This document shows, one piece after another, positions 48,369 through 57,376 of a DNA stretch of 58,704 bases (positions are counted from its first letter, which is position 1; each line of letters opens with the position of its first letter). The stretch is from NCBI GenBank assembly GCA_021811425.1, contig JAJZPA010000001.1:1-58704 (forward strand), given 5' to 3'. Source of the stretch: Bacillota bacterium. Lineage in GTDB: Bacteria > Bacillota > Desulfitobacteriia > Desulfitobacteriales > Desulfitobacteriaceae. A model generated the notes under the pieces. That model did no database searches. It was given only the letters and a program-made list of their open reading frames with translations, and was not told where the DNA came from. The position numbers and the translations under genes are program-made.

Positions 48369-48406
48369 AAGATTAGTTTAACACCTAAGGGGAAGGAGAA
48401 GTTACA

Positions 48407-48874
48407 ATGCCTGGTCAAAATTTAAGACCGCCGACGATTGCGGTCACTCCGCAAGATTATCAAGATCTAACCAAAAAGCTGACACCAAAGCCGACCATCG
48501 TCAGAAATTCCTTCTGGGCGTTTATGGTGGGTGGGGCGATTTGTGCCTTGGGTCAAGTGATCATTAATCTCTTCGCAGCAGCCGGGCTTGGACGCCAGGA
48601 AGCCTCAACGGCTGCGACCGCCTCGATGATTCTCCTCGGAGCCCTGCTCACGGGTATCGGGGTGTATGACGAGATCGGCAAATATGCGGGGGCGGGTTCG
48701 ATCGTTCCGGTCACAGGGTTTGCAAATTCCATTGTCGCCCCGGCCCTGGAATTTAAACGGGAAGGATATGTCTTGGGAGTGGGGGCGCGTTTGTTCACGG
48801 TGGCCGGGCCCGTTCTCGTTTTCGGAATCTCGACATCCATCGTGGTCGGTATGGTTTATTATTTGTGGCATTAG
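48407..48874 (+). CDS. spoVAC: Stage V sporulation protein AC
   Basis: AFMVGGAICALGQ, GAGSIVPVTGFANS, EFKREG, AGPV. Confidence 0.95.
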   Translation: MPGQNLRPPTIAVTPQDYQDLTKKLTPKPTIVRNSFWAFMVGGAICALGQVIINLFAAAGLGRQEASTAATASMILLGALLTGIGVYDEIGKYAGAGSIVPVTGFANSIVAPALEFKREGYVLGVGARLFTVAGPVLVFGISTSIVVGMVYYLWH

Positions 48875-48936
48875 ACCGATCCGTTCATGGCCTTGAAATT
48901 CCTGATTAAGTGCACATTGTTGAAGGGGATGGGACG

Positions 48937-49944
48937 ATGAATCTAAAACATGTAGGGAACCAGACCGTGGTTTTTGCGAATTCCCCGGTCATTCTCTCAT
49001 CGTACTCTGTGGTTGGCCCGATGGAAGCACAGGGGCCTTTGGGCAAGACCTTTGACAAGGTTTGGCCAGACAACATCAATGGGGAAAAGTCCTGGGAGAT
49101 TGCCGAGAGCAAACTGCTCCAGGAAGCGATGCAGGGTGCCATTGATCAAGCGGGCGTCCCCAGCGACCAGATCGACTTTATGTTGGCAGGGGATCTGCTC
49201 AATCAAATTATCTCCTCGAATTTCGCGGCGCGCAAGCTGGGACTTCCTTTTATTGGGCTTTATGGGGCCTGTTCCACCATGGCATTGGGTATGGCGGTTG
49301 GGAGCATGCTCATCGACGGGGGGTTTGCCCGCCATGTCCTAGTGGGCGTATCAAGCCACCATGATACGGCGGAACGGCAGTACCGTCTGCCGACAGAACA
49401 AGGGGGCCAGCGCTCGCTGAGTGCCCAGTGGACGGTCACGGGAGCCGGGGCGATCGTTCTTGGACCGAGCGGGGCGGGGCCACGGATTCCGGCCGTGACG
49501 CTCGGGAGGGTATTGGATTACGGTGAAACCGATGCTGGCAACATGGGGGCGGCGATGGCCCCGGCGATTGCCGATACCATCCTCAACCATCTTCAGGATT
49601 TGCAGCGCCAGCCAACCGATTATAATCTCATTGCTTCTGGGGATTTAGGTTCAGTGGGGGTGGATTTGACGCGTCAAGTGATGCAGCGCAGCGGGACACC
49701 GCTCGGGCCGGAGTATACGGACTGTGGGCTCTTGATCTATGACCAGAAACAGGATGTGCATGCGGGCGGGAGCGGCTGCGGCTGTTCAGCCGTTGTGTTT
49801 GCTGGGAGCATCATGCAACGTCTGAAAGCGGGCGAACTCAAGCGGGTTTTACTCATCGGCAGCGGTGCTCTCCATTCGCCAACATCTTCCTTGCAAGGAG
49901 AATCCATACCGGGAATCGGGCACGCAGTTGTCATTGAAGCGTAG
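48937..49944 (+). CDS. spoVAD: Stage V sporulation protein AD (DPA-binding)
   Basis: SWEIAE, AGDLLNQ, YGACST, AERQYR.P, QWTVTG, MGAAMAPA, AGGSGCGCS, GESIP. Confidence 0.96.
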   Translation: MNLKHVGNQTVVFANSPVILSSYSVVGPMEAQGPLGKTFDKVWPDNINGEKSWEIAESKLLQEAMQGAIDQAGVPSDQIDFMLAGDLLNQIISSNFAARKLGLPFIGLYGACSTMALGMAVGSMLIDGGFARHVLVGVSSHHDTAERQYRLPTEQGGQRSLSAQWTVTGAGAIVLGPSGAGPRIPAVTLGRVLDYGETDAGNMGAAMAPAIADTILNHLQDLQRQPTDYNLIASGDLGSVGVDLTRQVMQRSGTPLGPEYTDCGLLIYDQKQDVHAGGSGCGCSAVVFAGSIMQRLKAGELKRVLLIGSGALHSPTSSLQGESIPGIGHAVVIEA

Positions 49945-49959
49945 GGAAGGAGGATAAGC

Positions 49960-50322
49960 ATGTTTGAGATGGTGGTATCGGCCTTTTTGGTCGGCGGGGT
50001 GATCTGTGTGCTTGGCCAGTTGCTGATGGACTTGACCAAGCCTAGCTTTACGCCAGCCCATGTCTTAGTGACGTTCGTGACCGGGGGGGCTATTTTAGGG
50101 GCCTTGGGCTGGTATAGGCCGTTAGTGGACATTGGTGGCGCGGGAGCAACCATTCCCCTCTCCGGGTTTGGCTATATCTTAGCGAAAGGTGCTATCGAAG
50201 GAGTCAGCCAGCGGGGGTTTATCGGAGCCTTCTCTGGAGGGGTAGAAGCTGCGGCTGTGGGTATTGCAGCGGCTGTTCTGTTTGGCTACCTCGTGTCTGT
50301 TACGTTTAATCCGAAAGGATAG
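49960..50322 (+). CDS. spoVAE: Stage V sporulation protein AE (AEb)
   Basis: AFLVGGVICVLGQ, GAGATIPLSGFG, FNPKG. Confidence 0.93.
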   Translation: MFEMVVSAFLVGGVICVLGQLLMDLTKPSFTPAHVLVTFVTGGAILGALGWYRPLVDIGGAGATIPLSGFGYILAKGAIEGVSQRGFIGAFSGGVEAAAVGIAAAVLFGYLVSVTFNPKG

Positions 50323-50334
50323 GGGGATTGATCG

Positions 50335-51813
50335 ATGGACGCTGACAGCGAAAAAAACATTCCAGTCAGCAAAAACTATCAAGAAAACATCAATTTTTTA
50401 AACAAAGAGCTTGGAGTGCCTGATAGTTTCGACATCGTGGTGCGCGAAATGTCCATCGGGGGTAAGAAGGTCGCCTTCTATTCCGTCAATGGAATGGTGG
50501 ATACGCATGTGGCCAGTTATATTTTAGACGCCCTCGTCGATTTGGAGCGTGCCGATCTCATCGTTAATACGTTGGACAAGCTGGTCAAAGGGCGGATCGT
50601 GGATCTCCAGGTTGCCGAAGTTGAAACCATGGATAAGGTGCTCTATTTCATTCTCTCCGGGCCCATGGCCATTTTCGTGGAGGGACAGCCTAAAGCGATT
50701 ATTGTTGATTTGCGCACGTACCCAGGAAGGCAGTCCCAAGAGCCGGATATTGAGAGGGTGACGCGGGGGTCGCGGGATGGCTTTACCGAGACGCTGGTAT
50801 TCAACACGGCTTTGATCCGAAGGCGTCTGCGCGATCCACAATTGCGGATGAAGCTGCTCCAGGTTGGCAGCCGCTCCAAGACAGACGTCTGCATTTGTTA
50901 TATCGAAGACATTACCAATCCTGACCTGGTGCAGAAGATCGAAAACGATATACAGAGCATCAAAATCGACGGGATTCCAATGGCGGAAAAGAGTGTGGAG
51001 GAGTTTATCCTGGGGAGCAAGTTTTGGAACCCTTTTCCTCGCGTGCGTTACACGGAACGCCCGGATGTGGCCGCAATTCACCTCTTGGAAGGACATGTCA
51101 TCGTGATTGTCGATACCTCCCCGAGTGTGATGATTGCGCCTGCGACGCTTTGGCATCATGTTCAGCATGCGGAAGAATATCGGCAGGAGCCCGTGGTCGG
51201 AATTTATCTGCGCTGGGTCCGCTTCTTTGGTATTTTTGCTTCGGTTGTACTTTTGCCTTTATGGCTCGCTATCGCTACAAACCCACAGGTCGTTCCCGAA
51301 TGGCTGCAGTTCATTGGTCCGACGAAAATCGGCAAAGTACCGCTCTTTCTCCAGATGCTCATTGCCGATGTTGGGGTTGACTTAGTGAGGATGGCTGCGA
51401 TTCACACACCCAGCCCCTTGGCGACAGCACTTGGCTTGATTGCCGCGTTTATGATCGGAGATGTGGCGATCAAGGTGGGCATGTTTGCACCGGAAATCGT
51501 GATGTATGTCGCGTTTGCGGCGGTGGGGGCATTTGCGACACCCAGTTACGAACTGGCGCAGGCTAACCGCTTAGCCCGGCTCTTCCTGATGGTTTTAACA
51601 GGGTTTTTCAACTTTATTGGCCTTTTCGTAGGGATGGGGGCTTTGTTTTTTCTCTTGTGGAGGACGCGATCCTTTGGAGTTCCCTATCTTTGGCCTCTCA
51701 TTCCGCTGGATGCCAAGGCATTCGGGACGATTTTTATTCGAAAACCAGTACCGATTCACAATCTGAGACCGAGTATTCTCAAACCACTGGATCGGATTAG
51801 GCAGCCCAAATGA
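50335..51813 (+). CDS. spoVAF: SpoVAF (GerA-A family) protein
   Basis: RTYPGR..EPDIERVTRGSRDGFTE, NTALIRRR, YTERPD, VDTSP, HHVQHAEEYRQ, AAIHTP, TPSYE. Confidence 0.88.
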   Translation: MDADSEKNIPVSKNYQENINFLNKELGVPDSFDIVVREMSIGGKKVAFYSVNGMVDTHVASYILDALVDLERADLIVNTLDKLVKGRIVDLQVAEVETMDKVLYFILSGPMAIFVEGQPKAIIVDLRTYPGRQSQEPDIERVTRGSRDGFTETLVFNTALIRRRLRDPQLRMKLLQVGSRSKTDVCICYIEDITNPDLVQKIENDIQSIKIDGIPMAEKSVEEFILGSKFWNPFPRVRYTERPDVAAIHLLEGHVIVIVDTSPSVMIAPATLWHHVQHAEEYRQEPVVGIYLRWVRFFGIFASVVLLPLWLAIATNPQVVPEWLQFIGPTKIGKVPLFLQMLIADVGVDLVRMAAIHTPSPLATALGLIAAFMIGDVAIKVGMFAPEIVMYVAFAAVGAFATPSYELAQANRLARLFLMVLTGFFNFIGLFVGMGALFFLLWRTRSFGVPYLWPLIPLDAKAFGTIFIRKPVPIHNLRPSILKPLDRIRQPK

Positions 51814-51838
51814 TAGGGTAACTATAACTGATGAAAGG

Positions 51839-52873
51839 GTGGCGCTGTTGAAAGTTGGATATCCGCGAGCTGTTCATTATTATGATTATTTTCCATTTTG
51901 GGCCGGTTTTTTTCAGGGGTTGGATTTGGAACTCATCGCCTCACCTCTGACCAATCGTAAGATTCTTGAACAAGGTTTAAAAAAGGCAAGTGATGAAACC
52001 TGCCTTCCCATTAAACTCCTGGCCGGACATATTCAGGCCTTATCCGGGATGGGGGTGGATGCTCTTTTCCTCCCACGCATGGTCAGTGTGGAGGAAAAGA
52101 CGTATTTGTGCCCGAAACTCCTAGGACTGCCGGAGAGCGTATTCGCGGCAGTGCCGGAAGGGATGAGAATCCTCACCTTGGATTTTAACGTGCGTCTGGG
52201 TAAACGGCGGGTAATACGGACTCTCGAAGAATTTGCCGAAGGCTTAGGCAAAACCCGAGCGGAAGCGCGGCAAGGGTTCCTCCTCGCTCAGAACTGGCAA
52301 GAACGCTATGAAAGCAGGCGCCATGAGGGACGGAGCTTTGGGGAGAGCATGGGCGAGTTTGATCCACGCCTGGCTGGAGAGGCCGGTAGAACAATCCGAT
52401 TTGACAACCCGGATAGGGACGAATCAGCGGCTGTTCTGACGGTTGCCCTCGTGGGACATCCATATTTGACTCAGGATAATTATGCCAACTTGAACCTTGT
52501 GGCGAAATTAGGTGAACGTGCTCACGTACGCTTTATTGAAGAAATGGAGCCACAAGGAATTGAACAAGGATTGCAGGGGCTGCACAAGAGCGTGTTCTGG
52601 AGCCATGCGCGCAAAATCATGGGGGCTGGGGCAGCCTATATCGGGGATGAGGCAGTGGACGGGGTGATTTATTTGTCCTGTTTTGGCTGTGGGACGGATT
52701 CGATGACCCAGGACATGGTGGCCCGGATTGCCCGCCAGCAGCATAAACCCTATATGGTGTTAACCTTAGATGAGCACAGCGGGGAAGCAGGCTTGGTCAC
52801 TCGTCTGGAAGCTTTCCTCGATATGACCGAAAGAAGGGTACAGCGTGAAAGTAACTTTTCCGCACATGGGTAA
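51839..52873 (+). CDS. Acyl-CoA dehydratase activase-related protein (DUF2229/COG3580-like)
   Basis: KVGYPRA, ETCLPIK..GH, YLCPK, GHPY, SCFGCGTD, DEHSGEAGLVTRLEAF. True start may be TTG 51848. Confidence 0.8.
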   Translation: MALLKVGYPRAVHYYDYFPFWAGFFQGLDLELIASPLTNRKILEQGLKKASDETCLPIKLLAGHIQALSGMGVDALFLPRMVSVEEKTYLCPKLLGLPESVFAAVPEGMRILTLDFNVRLGKRRVIRTLEEFAEGLGKTRAEARQGFLLAQNWQERYESRRHEGRSFGESMGEFDPRLAGEAGRTIRFDNPDRDESAAVLTVALVGHPYLTQDNYANLNLVAKLGERAHVRFIEEMEPQGIEQGLQGLHKSVFWSHARKIMGAGAAYIGDEAVDGVIYLSCFGCGTDSMTQDMVARIARQQHKPYMVLTLDEHSGEAGLVTRLEAFLDMTERRVQRESNFSAHG

Positions 52874-53972
52874 CGCCTGGATCGTCATTCAGGCCTTGTT
52901 CGAAACTCTGAATGTGGATGTGGCGGTTCCCCCGCCCACGAGCAAAGGAACCCTGAACTTGGGAACCAAACTTGCCCCGGAATCCTCTTGTTTGCCTCTG
53001 AAAATTAATCTGGGAAATTACATAGAAGCGGCAGCCAAAGGCGCTGATACCATCGCGATTACGGGTGGGATCGGGCCTTGCCGCTTTGGTTATTATGGGG
53101 AAGTGGAACGTCAAATTCTCAGGGATGCCGGCTATTCCTACGAAGTCGTGATCCTTGAACCTCCGGATGGGAGCCTGTGGGGGCTGGCCAAGCGGATTCG
53201 CTATCTCGCCGGAAGACATAATTCGTGGACGAAAATCCTCAAAGCGATGCGTTTCGCTTACCGTAAGAGTGTGGCACTGGATGAGGTGGAAGATATGATT
53301 CATGCGGCTCGACCGCGTTTGCTGGAGCCGCTGGCCGCTGAGAAGCTTTATTCCAAGGCGAAACAGCACCTAATCGAAGCCTCTGAGGACAAAGGGCTGG
53401 AAGAGGCGGTTTTCCGGGTGCAACAAAGTATTAAAGAAGGCCAAGCGGCGTTCCGGGGTGAAAAACCCTTGCGGGTTGGGGTGGTTGGCGAGATCTATAC
53501 TATCCTCGATCCGTTTAGTTCTCTGGATGTGGAACAACAGCTGGGGAATTTGGGTGTAGAGGTCAATCGCTCGATTTATCTTTCCAGTTGGGTCGGCCAA
53601 CATGTTTTTCAAGGGCTGGCCCAGGGATACCGTCCTCTGCGGGATTATCCGCGCCTGGCCAAACCCTATTTGCCCCATTTCGTAGGTGGGCATGGTCAGG
53701 AAACAGTCGGAGCGGCGGTTCAATTTGCCCGCGAGGGTGCCGACGGGATCATCCAGCTTTTGCCCCTTGGCTGCATGCCGGAAATCGTAGCTTCGAGTGT
53801 GCTGCCACGGATTCAGGCGGACTATCGGATTCCCATTATGACCTTGACGGTTGATGAACATAGCGGGCGTGCGGGGGTGCAGACCCGGCTGGAGGCTTTT
53901 GTGGATCTGCTGGAACGACGGCGGAACAGAACCTTAACCAGGGAGGACGTGTTGAATGTTGCTCGGGAATGA
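52845..53972 (+). CDS. 2-hydroxyacyl-CoA dehydratase-like protein (COG3581-like)
   Basis: MKVTFPHMG, CLPLK..LG, GPCRFGYY, VGEIY, GGHG, PLGCMPE, DEHSGRAGVQTRLEAF. Confidence 0.8.
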   Translation: MKVTFPHMGNAWIVIQALFETLNVDVAVPPPTSKGTLNLGTKLAPESSCLPLKINLGNYIEAAAKGADTIAITGGIGPCRFGYYGEVERQILRDAGYSYEVVILEPPDGSLWGLAKRIRYLAGRHNSWTKILKAMRFAYRKSVALDEVEDMIHAARPRLLEPLAAEKLYSKAKQHLIEASEDKGLEEAVFRVQQSIKEGQAAFRGEKPLRVGVVGEIYTILDPFSSLDVEQQLGNLGVEVNRSIYLSSWVGQHVFQGLAQGYRPLRDYPRLAKPYLPHFVGGHGQETVGAAVQFAREGADGIIQLLPLGCMPEIVASSVLPRIQADYRIPIMTLTVDEHSGRAGVQTRLEAFVDLLERRRNRTLTREDVLNVARE

Positions 53973-54969
53973 GTATTATCTCGGTGTGGATGTTGGTTCT
54001 GTGAGCACCAACTTAGTCTTGTTGGATTATGAGGAACAAGTGGCGGAGGCCCTGTACCTGCGAACCATGGGGCGGCCGATGCAGACGATTAAGGAAGGGC
54101 TGAAGCAACTGCGGGCCAAATTTCCTCAGGCCCGGATTATTGGAGTGGGGACGACGGGAAGTGCCCGGCAGTTGGCTGCCACGCTCTTAGGGGCTGATGT
54201 GGTGAAAAACGAGATTACCGCCCACGCTGTCGCGGCTTCGCGGGTACATCCCGGAGTGCAGACGATATTGGAGATTGGAGGCCAAGATTCAAAGATTATC
54301 TGCCTTAGGGATGGAGTTGTGGTGGATTTTGCTATGAATACAGTCTGTGCGGCCGGAACTGGATCTTTTCTAGACCAACAGGCAGGTCGCCTCGGGATTC
54401 CGATCGAACAGTTTGGCCCCTTGGCGATAGAGGCTCAGCACCCGGTACGTATCGCCGGTCGCTGTTCGGTGTTTGCAGAATCGGATATGATCCATAAGCA
54501 GCAGTTGGGGCATTCTTTGGAGGATATCCTCGCCGGCCTTTGCCAAGCGATGGTGCGTAATTATCTAAATAACGTCGGTAAAAACAAGGACATTCGGGGT
54601 CCTATCCTTTTTCAAGGGGGCGTGGCGGCTAATCCCGGTATCCGCAAAGCGTTCGAGGAAGAGTTAGGCCAGGAAATCATCATACCGAAACACTTTGCCG
54701 TGATGGGCGCTTTGGGGGCGGCCTATCTGGCGCAGGAAAAACTGGCGCGGGCACAAGGAGAAAGGACCGCATCCCGTTTCCGCGGGTTACAAGTGGTGGA
54801 TACCGAGTTCCAAGCGAGTAGCTTTGATTGTTCAGGTTGTGCCAATCACTGTGAAGTTGTCGAAATCTTGCAGGATCAGACGATCCTGGCCCGCTGGGGA
54901 GATCGCTGCGGCAAGTGGTCGAGCGGGAAGGGGGAGCAGGGATCCGTGTCTGAGGTGAATGTTCGCTAA
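53956..54969 (+). CDS. CoA-substrate-specific enzyme activase (BadF/BadG/BcrA/BcrD ASKHA ATPase, Fe-S)
   Basis: GVDVGSVST, TTGS, NEITAH, EIGGQDSK, CAAGTGSFL, RCSVFAES, GGVA.N; C-terminal CSGCANHC...GDRC. Confidence 0.88.
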   Translation: MLLGNEYYLGVDVGSVSTNLVLLDYEEQVAEALYLRTMGRPMQTIKEGLKQLRAKFPQARIIGVGTTGSARQLAATLLGADVVKNEITAHAVAASRVHPGVQTILEIGGQDSKIICLRDGVVVDFAMNTVCAAGTGSFLDQQAGRLGIPIEQFGPLAIEAQHPVRIAGRCSVFAESDMIHKQQLGHSLEDILAGLCQAMVRNYLNNVGKNKDIRGPILFQGGVAANPGIRKAFEEELGQEIIIPKHFAVMGALGAAYLAQEKLARAQGERTASRFRGLQVVDTEFQASSFDCSGCANHCEVVEILQDQTILARWGDRCGKWSSGKGEQGSVSEVNVR

Positions 54970-54984
54970 GCGGTTCACTTGGGG

Positions 54985-56340
54985 TCACTTGGGCTCAGGC
55001 GGTAATCTTTTGCGTACGACCCAGTAGACCAGGCTCATGGCTAGGATCAAGCCGAGGCCTAGGAAGAAAGAGGGGCGTTGATCGGGGAGAGCGAAGGCAG
55101 AGAAGAAGATGAAGAGGATGAAGGCTGCGACCAGAGCATTGCTCACTGGATATCCGGGGGCATGAAAGATCCGCGCGGCCTTTTCTTCAGGATGCAATTA
55201 GGTATGGAGTTTCCAATGGGATAAGGTGATTGTGAAGATATTGACTAAGGAAAGGAGCCCGCTGGCTCCGGTGACCAGGAGATAGAGTTGATTCGGAATA
55301 AAGTAAGAAAGGATGGCGATCAGGAGGAGAAAGGCATTGGAGAAGAGGAGGGCTTTGATAGGGACATTTTTGCGGTTTATATGGGTGAAGAAACGGGGGG
55401 CCTCTCCTTTTTCGGCAAGCGCATAGAGCATGCGGGAGACGCCGAACATGCTGGCATTCATGGCTGAGAGCGCGGCAGTTAGGATCACAAAGTTCATGAT
55501 GTTTAGGACAAATGACAGATGGTACGACGCGAGGGCTGAAATGAATGGGCTTATGGAGGCATTGTATATTGACCAGGGGTTAAGGAGGAGAATGAGGAAA
55601 ATTGAGAGGACGTAAAGGCCGATAACGAGGATAGAAGTGGCCAAGACGACCTTGGGCACGGTCTTTTGGGGATTCTTTGATTGATCGATGGCGAGTCCCA
55701 CCACGGATGTTCCGGAATACGCATAAAAGACGAGTAAAAGTGATCCTGCTAATCCTCCCCAGCTGTGGGGAAAAAGGGGGGCGCTAGTCAAGTGGCGTAG
55801 GCCTGCAGCTTGTCCAAACCAAGGGGTGAAAGCGATGGATGCGGCTAAGAGGATAAAGCCGATAAGGGCAATAACTTTGATAATCGATAACCCGGATTCG
55901 ACTTTGCCAAAACCTCGTGCATCCAGCAGATTAAGCGCCGTGAGTGCTCCGGCCAAGCCGAGTACGAAAAGCCATTGTGGAATAGTGGGAAGCCAGATCG
56001 AGAAAAAGATGGCTGCAGCCGTTACTTCGCTGGACATCACGAGAATGCCGGAAATCCAGTAAAGCCAGCCAATGACAAAGCCTACCCCGCTGCCGAAAGC
56101 CTTAGCGGCATAACTTTGAAAAGAACCCTTTTCCGGATCGAACAAAGAAAGCTCAGCTAAGAAGGATAAGTTAAAATACATTAAGATCCCTAATAATATA
56201 TAGGCAAACAGCACCGAAGGGCCGGTGGCTTGAAGAGTCAGGCCTGAGCCCAGGAACATGCCTGCCCCAATAATGCTGCCCAGAGCCATCATCGTTAGGG
56301 AAAAGCCTGACATCTTTTTGGCGGATTCAGACTCGACCAA
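54985..56340 (-). pseudogene. APC-family amino acid permease interrupted by an in-frame TAA
   Basis: GSIIGAGMFLG and SAMNA..FGVSRMLY motifs. The 380-aa ORF stops at TAA (55198-55200) and the same frame continues for 70 codons carrying the last two TM helices. Confidence 0.8.
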
Positions 56341-56393
56341 TGGAAATACCCCCCAAACTTGGATAATGGGTTTAGGTTACTGAACACTGAGGT

Positions 56394-56423
56394 TAGTTTA
56401 TCCAAGGCCGGTAGGGATTACGC
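56394..56423 (-). promoter_or_regulatory. Putative sigmaF/sigmaG promoter of the permease
   Basis: Minus strand GCGTA-N15-GGATAAACTA. Confidence 0.55.
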
Positions 56424-56425
56424 AT

Positions 56426-56908
56426 TTATTCCTTGTGACCATATTTGTACGGCCTTACGAGGGTTAGATCAAGGGCGGTGAGGACAAGAATAGCGATGAG
56501 CACGGCTTGGAGGCCCCCGTGGGAATTAGAACATTCTGCGCCGGTGTAAATCCCATCGGGATTTATGGGATTTATGGGAGCATACGGATAAGTGGGGGAA
56601 GAGCCGGAGAGATAGGGATTAGACGGGTTGTGGGCAGAAGATGAGAATGTTGGCGCGAAGCGGGCACCAGCGTAGAGCGAAGGTGGGGTCGGCGTAGGAG
56701 GAGCCATGGTTGGGCAAGAAGTTTGGGCATAGAGCTGTGCGTAGGGGTTTGATGATACGCCGCGAGGGTTGACCCTAGAGGGAGGATAAGAACTGGGGGT
56801 GCGCAGGGAACGACCTGAGAACAAGGGTTGCCCTGTGGGTTGCCCGAAGCCAGAACCGGAATACCGGATAGTCGTAGGGTTAAATAGCACGGTTTCGTTT
56901 TGATACAT
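56426..56908 (-). CDS. Hypothetical Pro/Ser/Tyr-rich protein with a C-terminal hydrophobic segment
   Basis: RBS AAAGGAGGGGAGG before ATG 56908; low-complexity body, then LQAVLIAILVLTALDLTLVRP. Confidence 0.6.
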   Translation of the reverse strand: MYQNETVLFNPTTIRYSGSGFGQPTGQPLFSGRSLRTPSSYPPSRVNPRGVSSNPYAQLYAQTSCPTMAPPTPTPPSLYAGARFAPTFSSSAHNPSNPYLSGSSPTYPYAPINPINPDGIYTGAECSNSHGGLQAVLIAILVLTALDLTLVRPYKYGHKE

Positions 56909-56939
56909 CGCTTGGGCCTCCCCTCCTTTGCGCATAATG

Positions 56940-56987
56940 AATGATTTGAGGTCCGTGTCCCTGATGGAACACGGACCTCAAATCATT
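56940..56987. terminator. 19-bp perfect inverted repeat between two small ORFs
   Basis: AATGATTTGAGGTCCGTGT / ACACGGACCTCAAATCATT. Confidence 0.6.
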
Positions 56988-57246
56988 GGACATCGGTTGT
57001 TGAGGGAAGTTGTTCCTCCGCTGTGGCTCTTTTCTTGCGAAATAGCCCGACATAAGGTTCCGGTGCCCAAGCTTCATTTTCATAAGAGGGATTAGGGCCA
57101 GCATAAGGAAGCGATTCTTTGTCAAAAAGTTTGCCAAAGAGGGTGCCGCTGAGGCCTGAGGGCGAAAAATCCTGGCTTTGGGCAGGCTCAGCTGCTTGCG
57201 CTTCAGGGTTAGGGATTTGCGCTTGTTTCAGGCTTGAAAAAAACAT
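56983..57246 (-). CDS. Small hypothetical protein
   Basis: RBS AGGAGGAG before ATG 57246; 87 aa; no recognised domain. Confidence 0.55.
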   Translation of the reverse strand: MFFSSLKQAQIPNPEAQAAEPAQSQDFSPSGLSGTLFGKLFDKESLPYAGPNPSYENEAWAPEPYVGLFRKKRATAEEQLPSTTDVQ

Positions 57247-57376
57247 ATCGACTCCTCCTGACTAGAATGGTCTTCATCTACTGGCATTATATTCCTGTTT
57301 TTCCGGGATGCCACTCAGCTTATTGTTTAGTGGGGGAGTTAAAGCCACCACTACATTTCCGAGCAGAGCGAGTTTG

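Noticed and set aside
55198..55200. Pyrrolysine or selenocysteine read-through in the permease
   Set aside because: The codon is TAA, and many genes in the window end normally at TAG or TGA.
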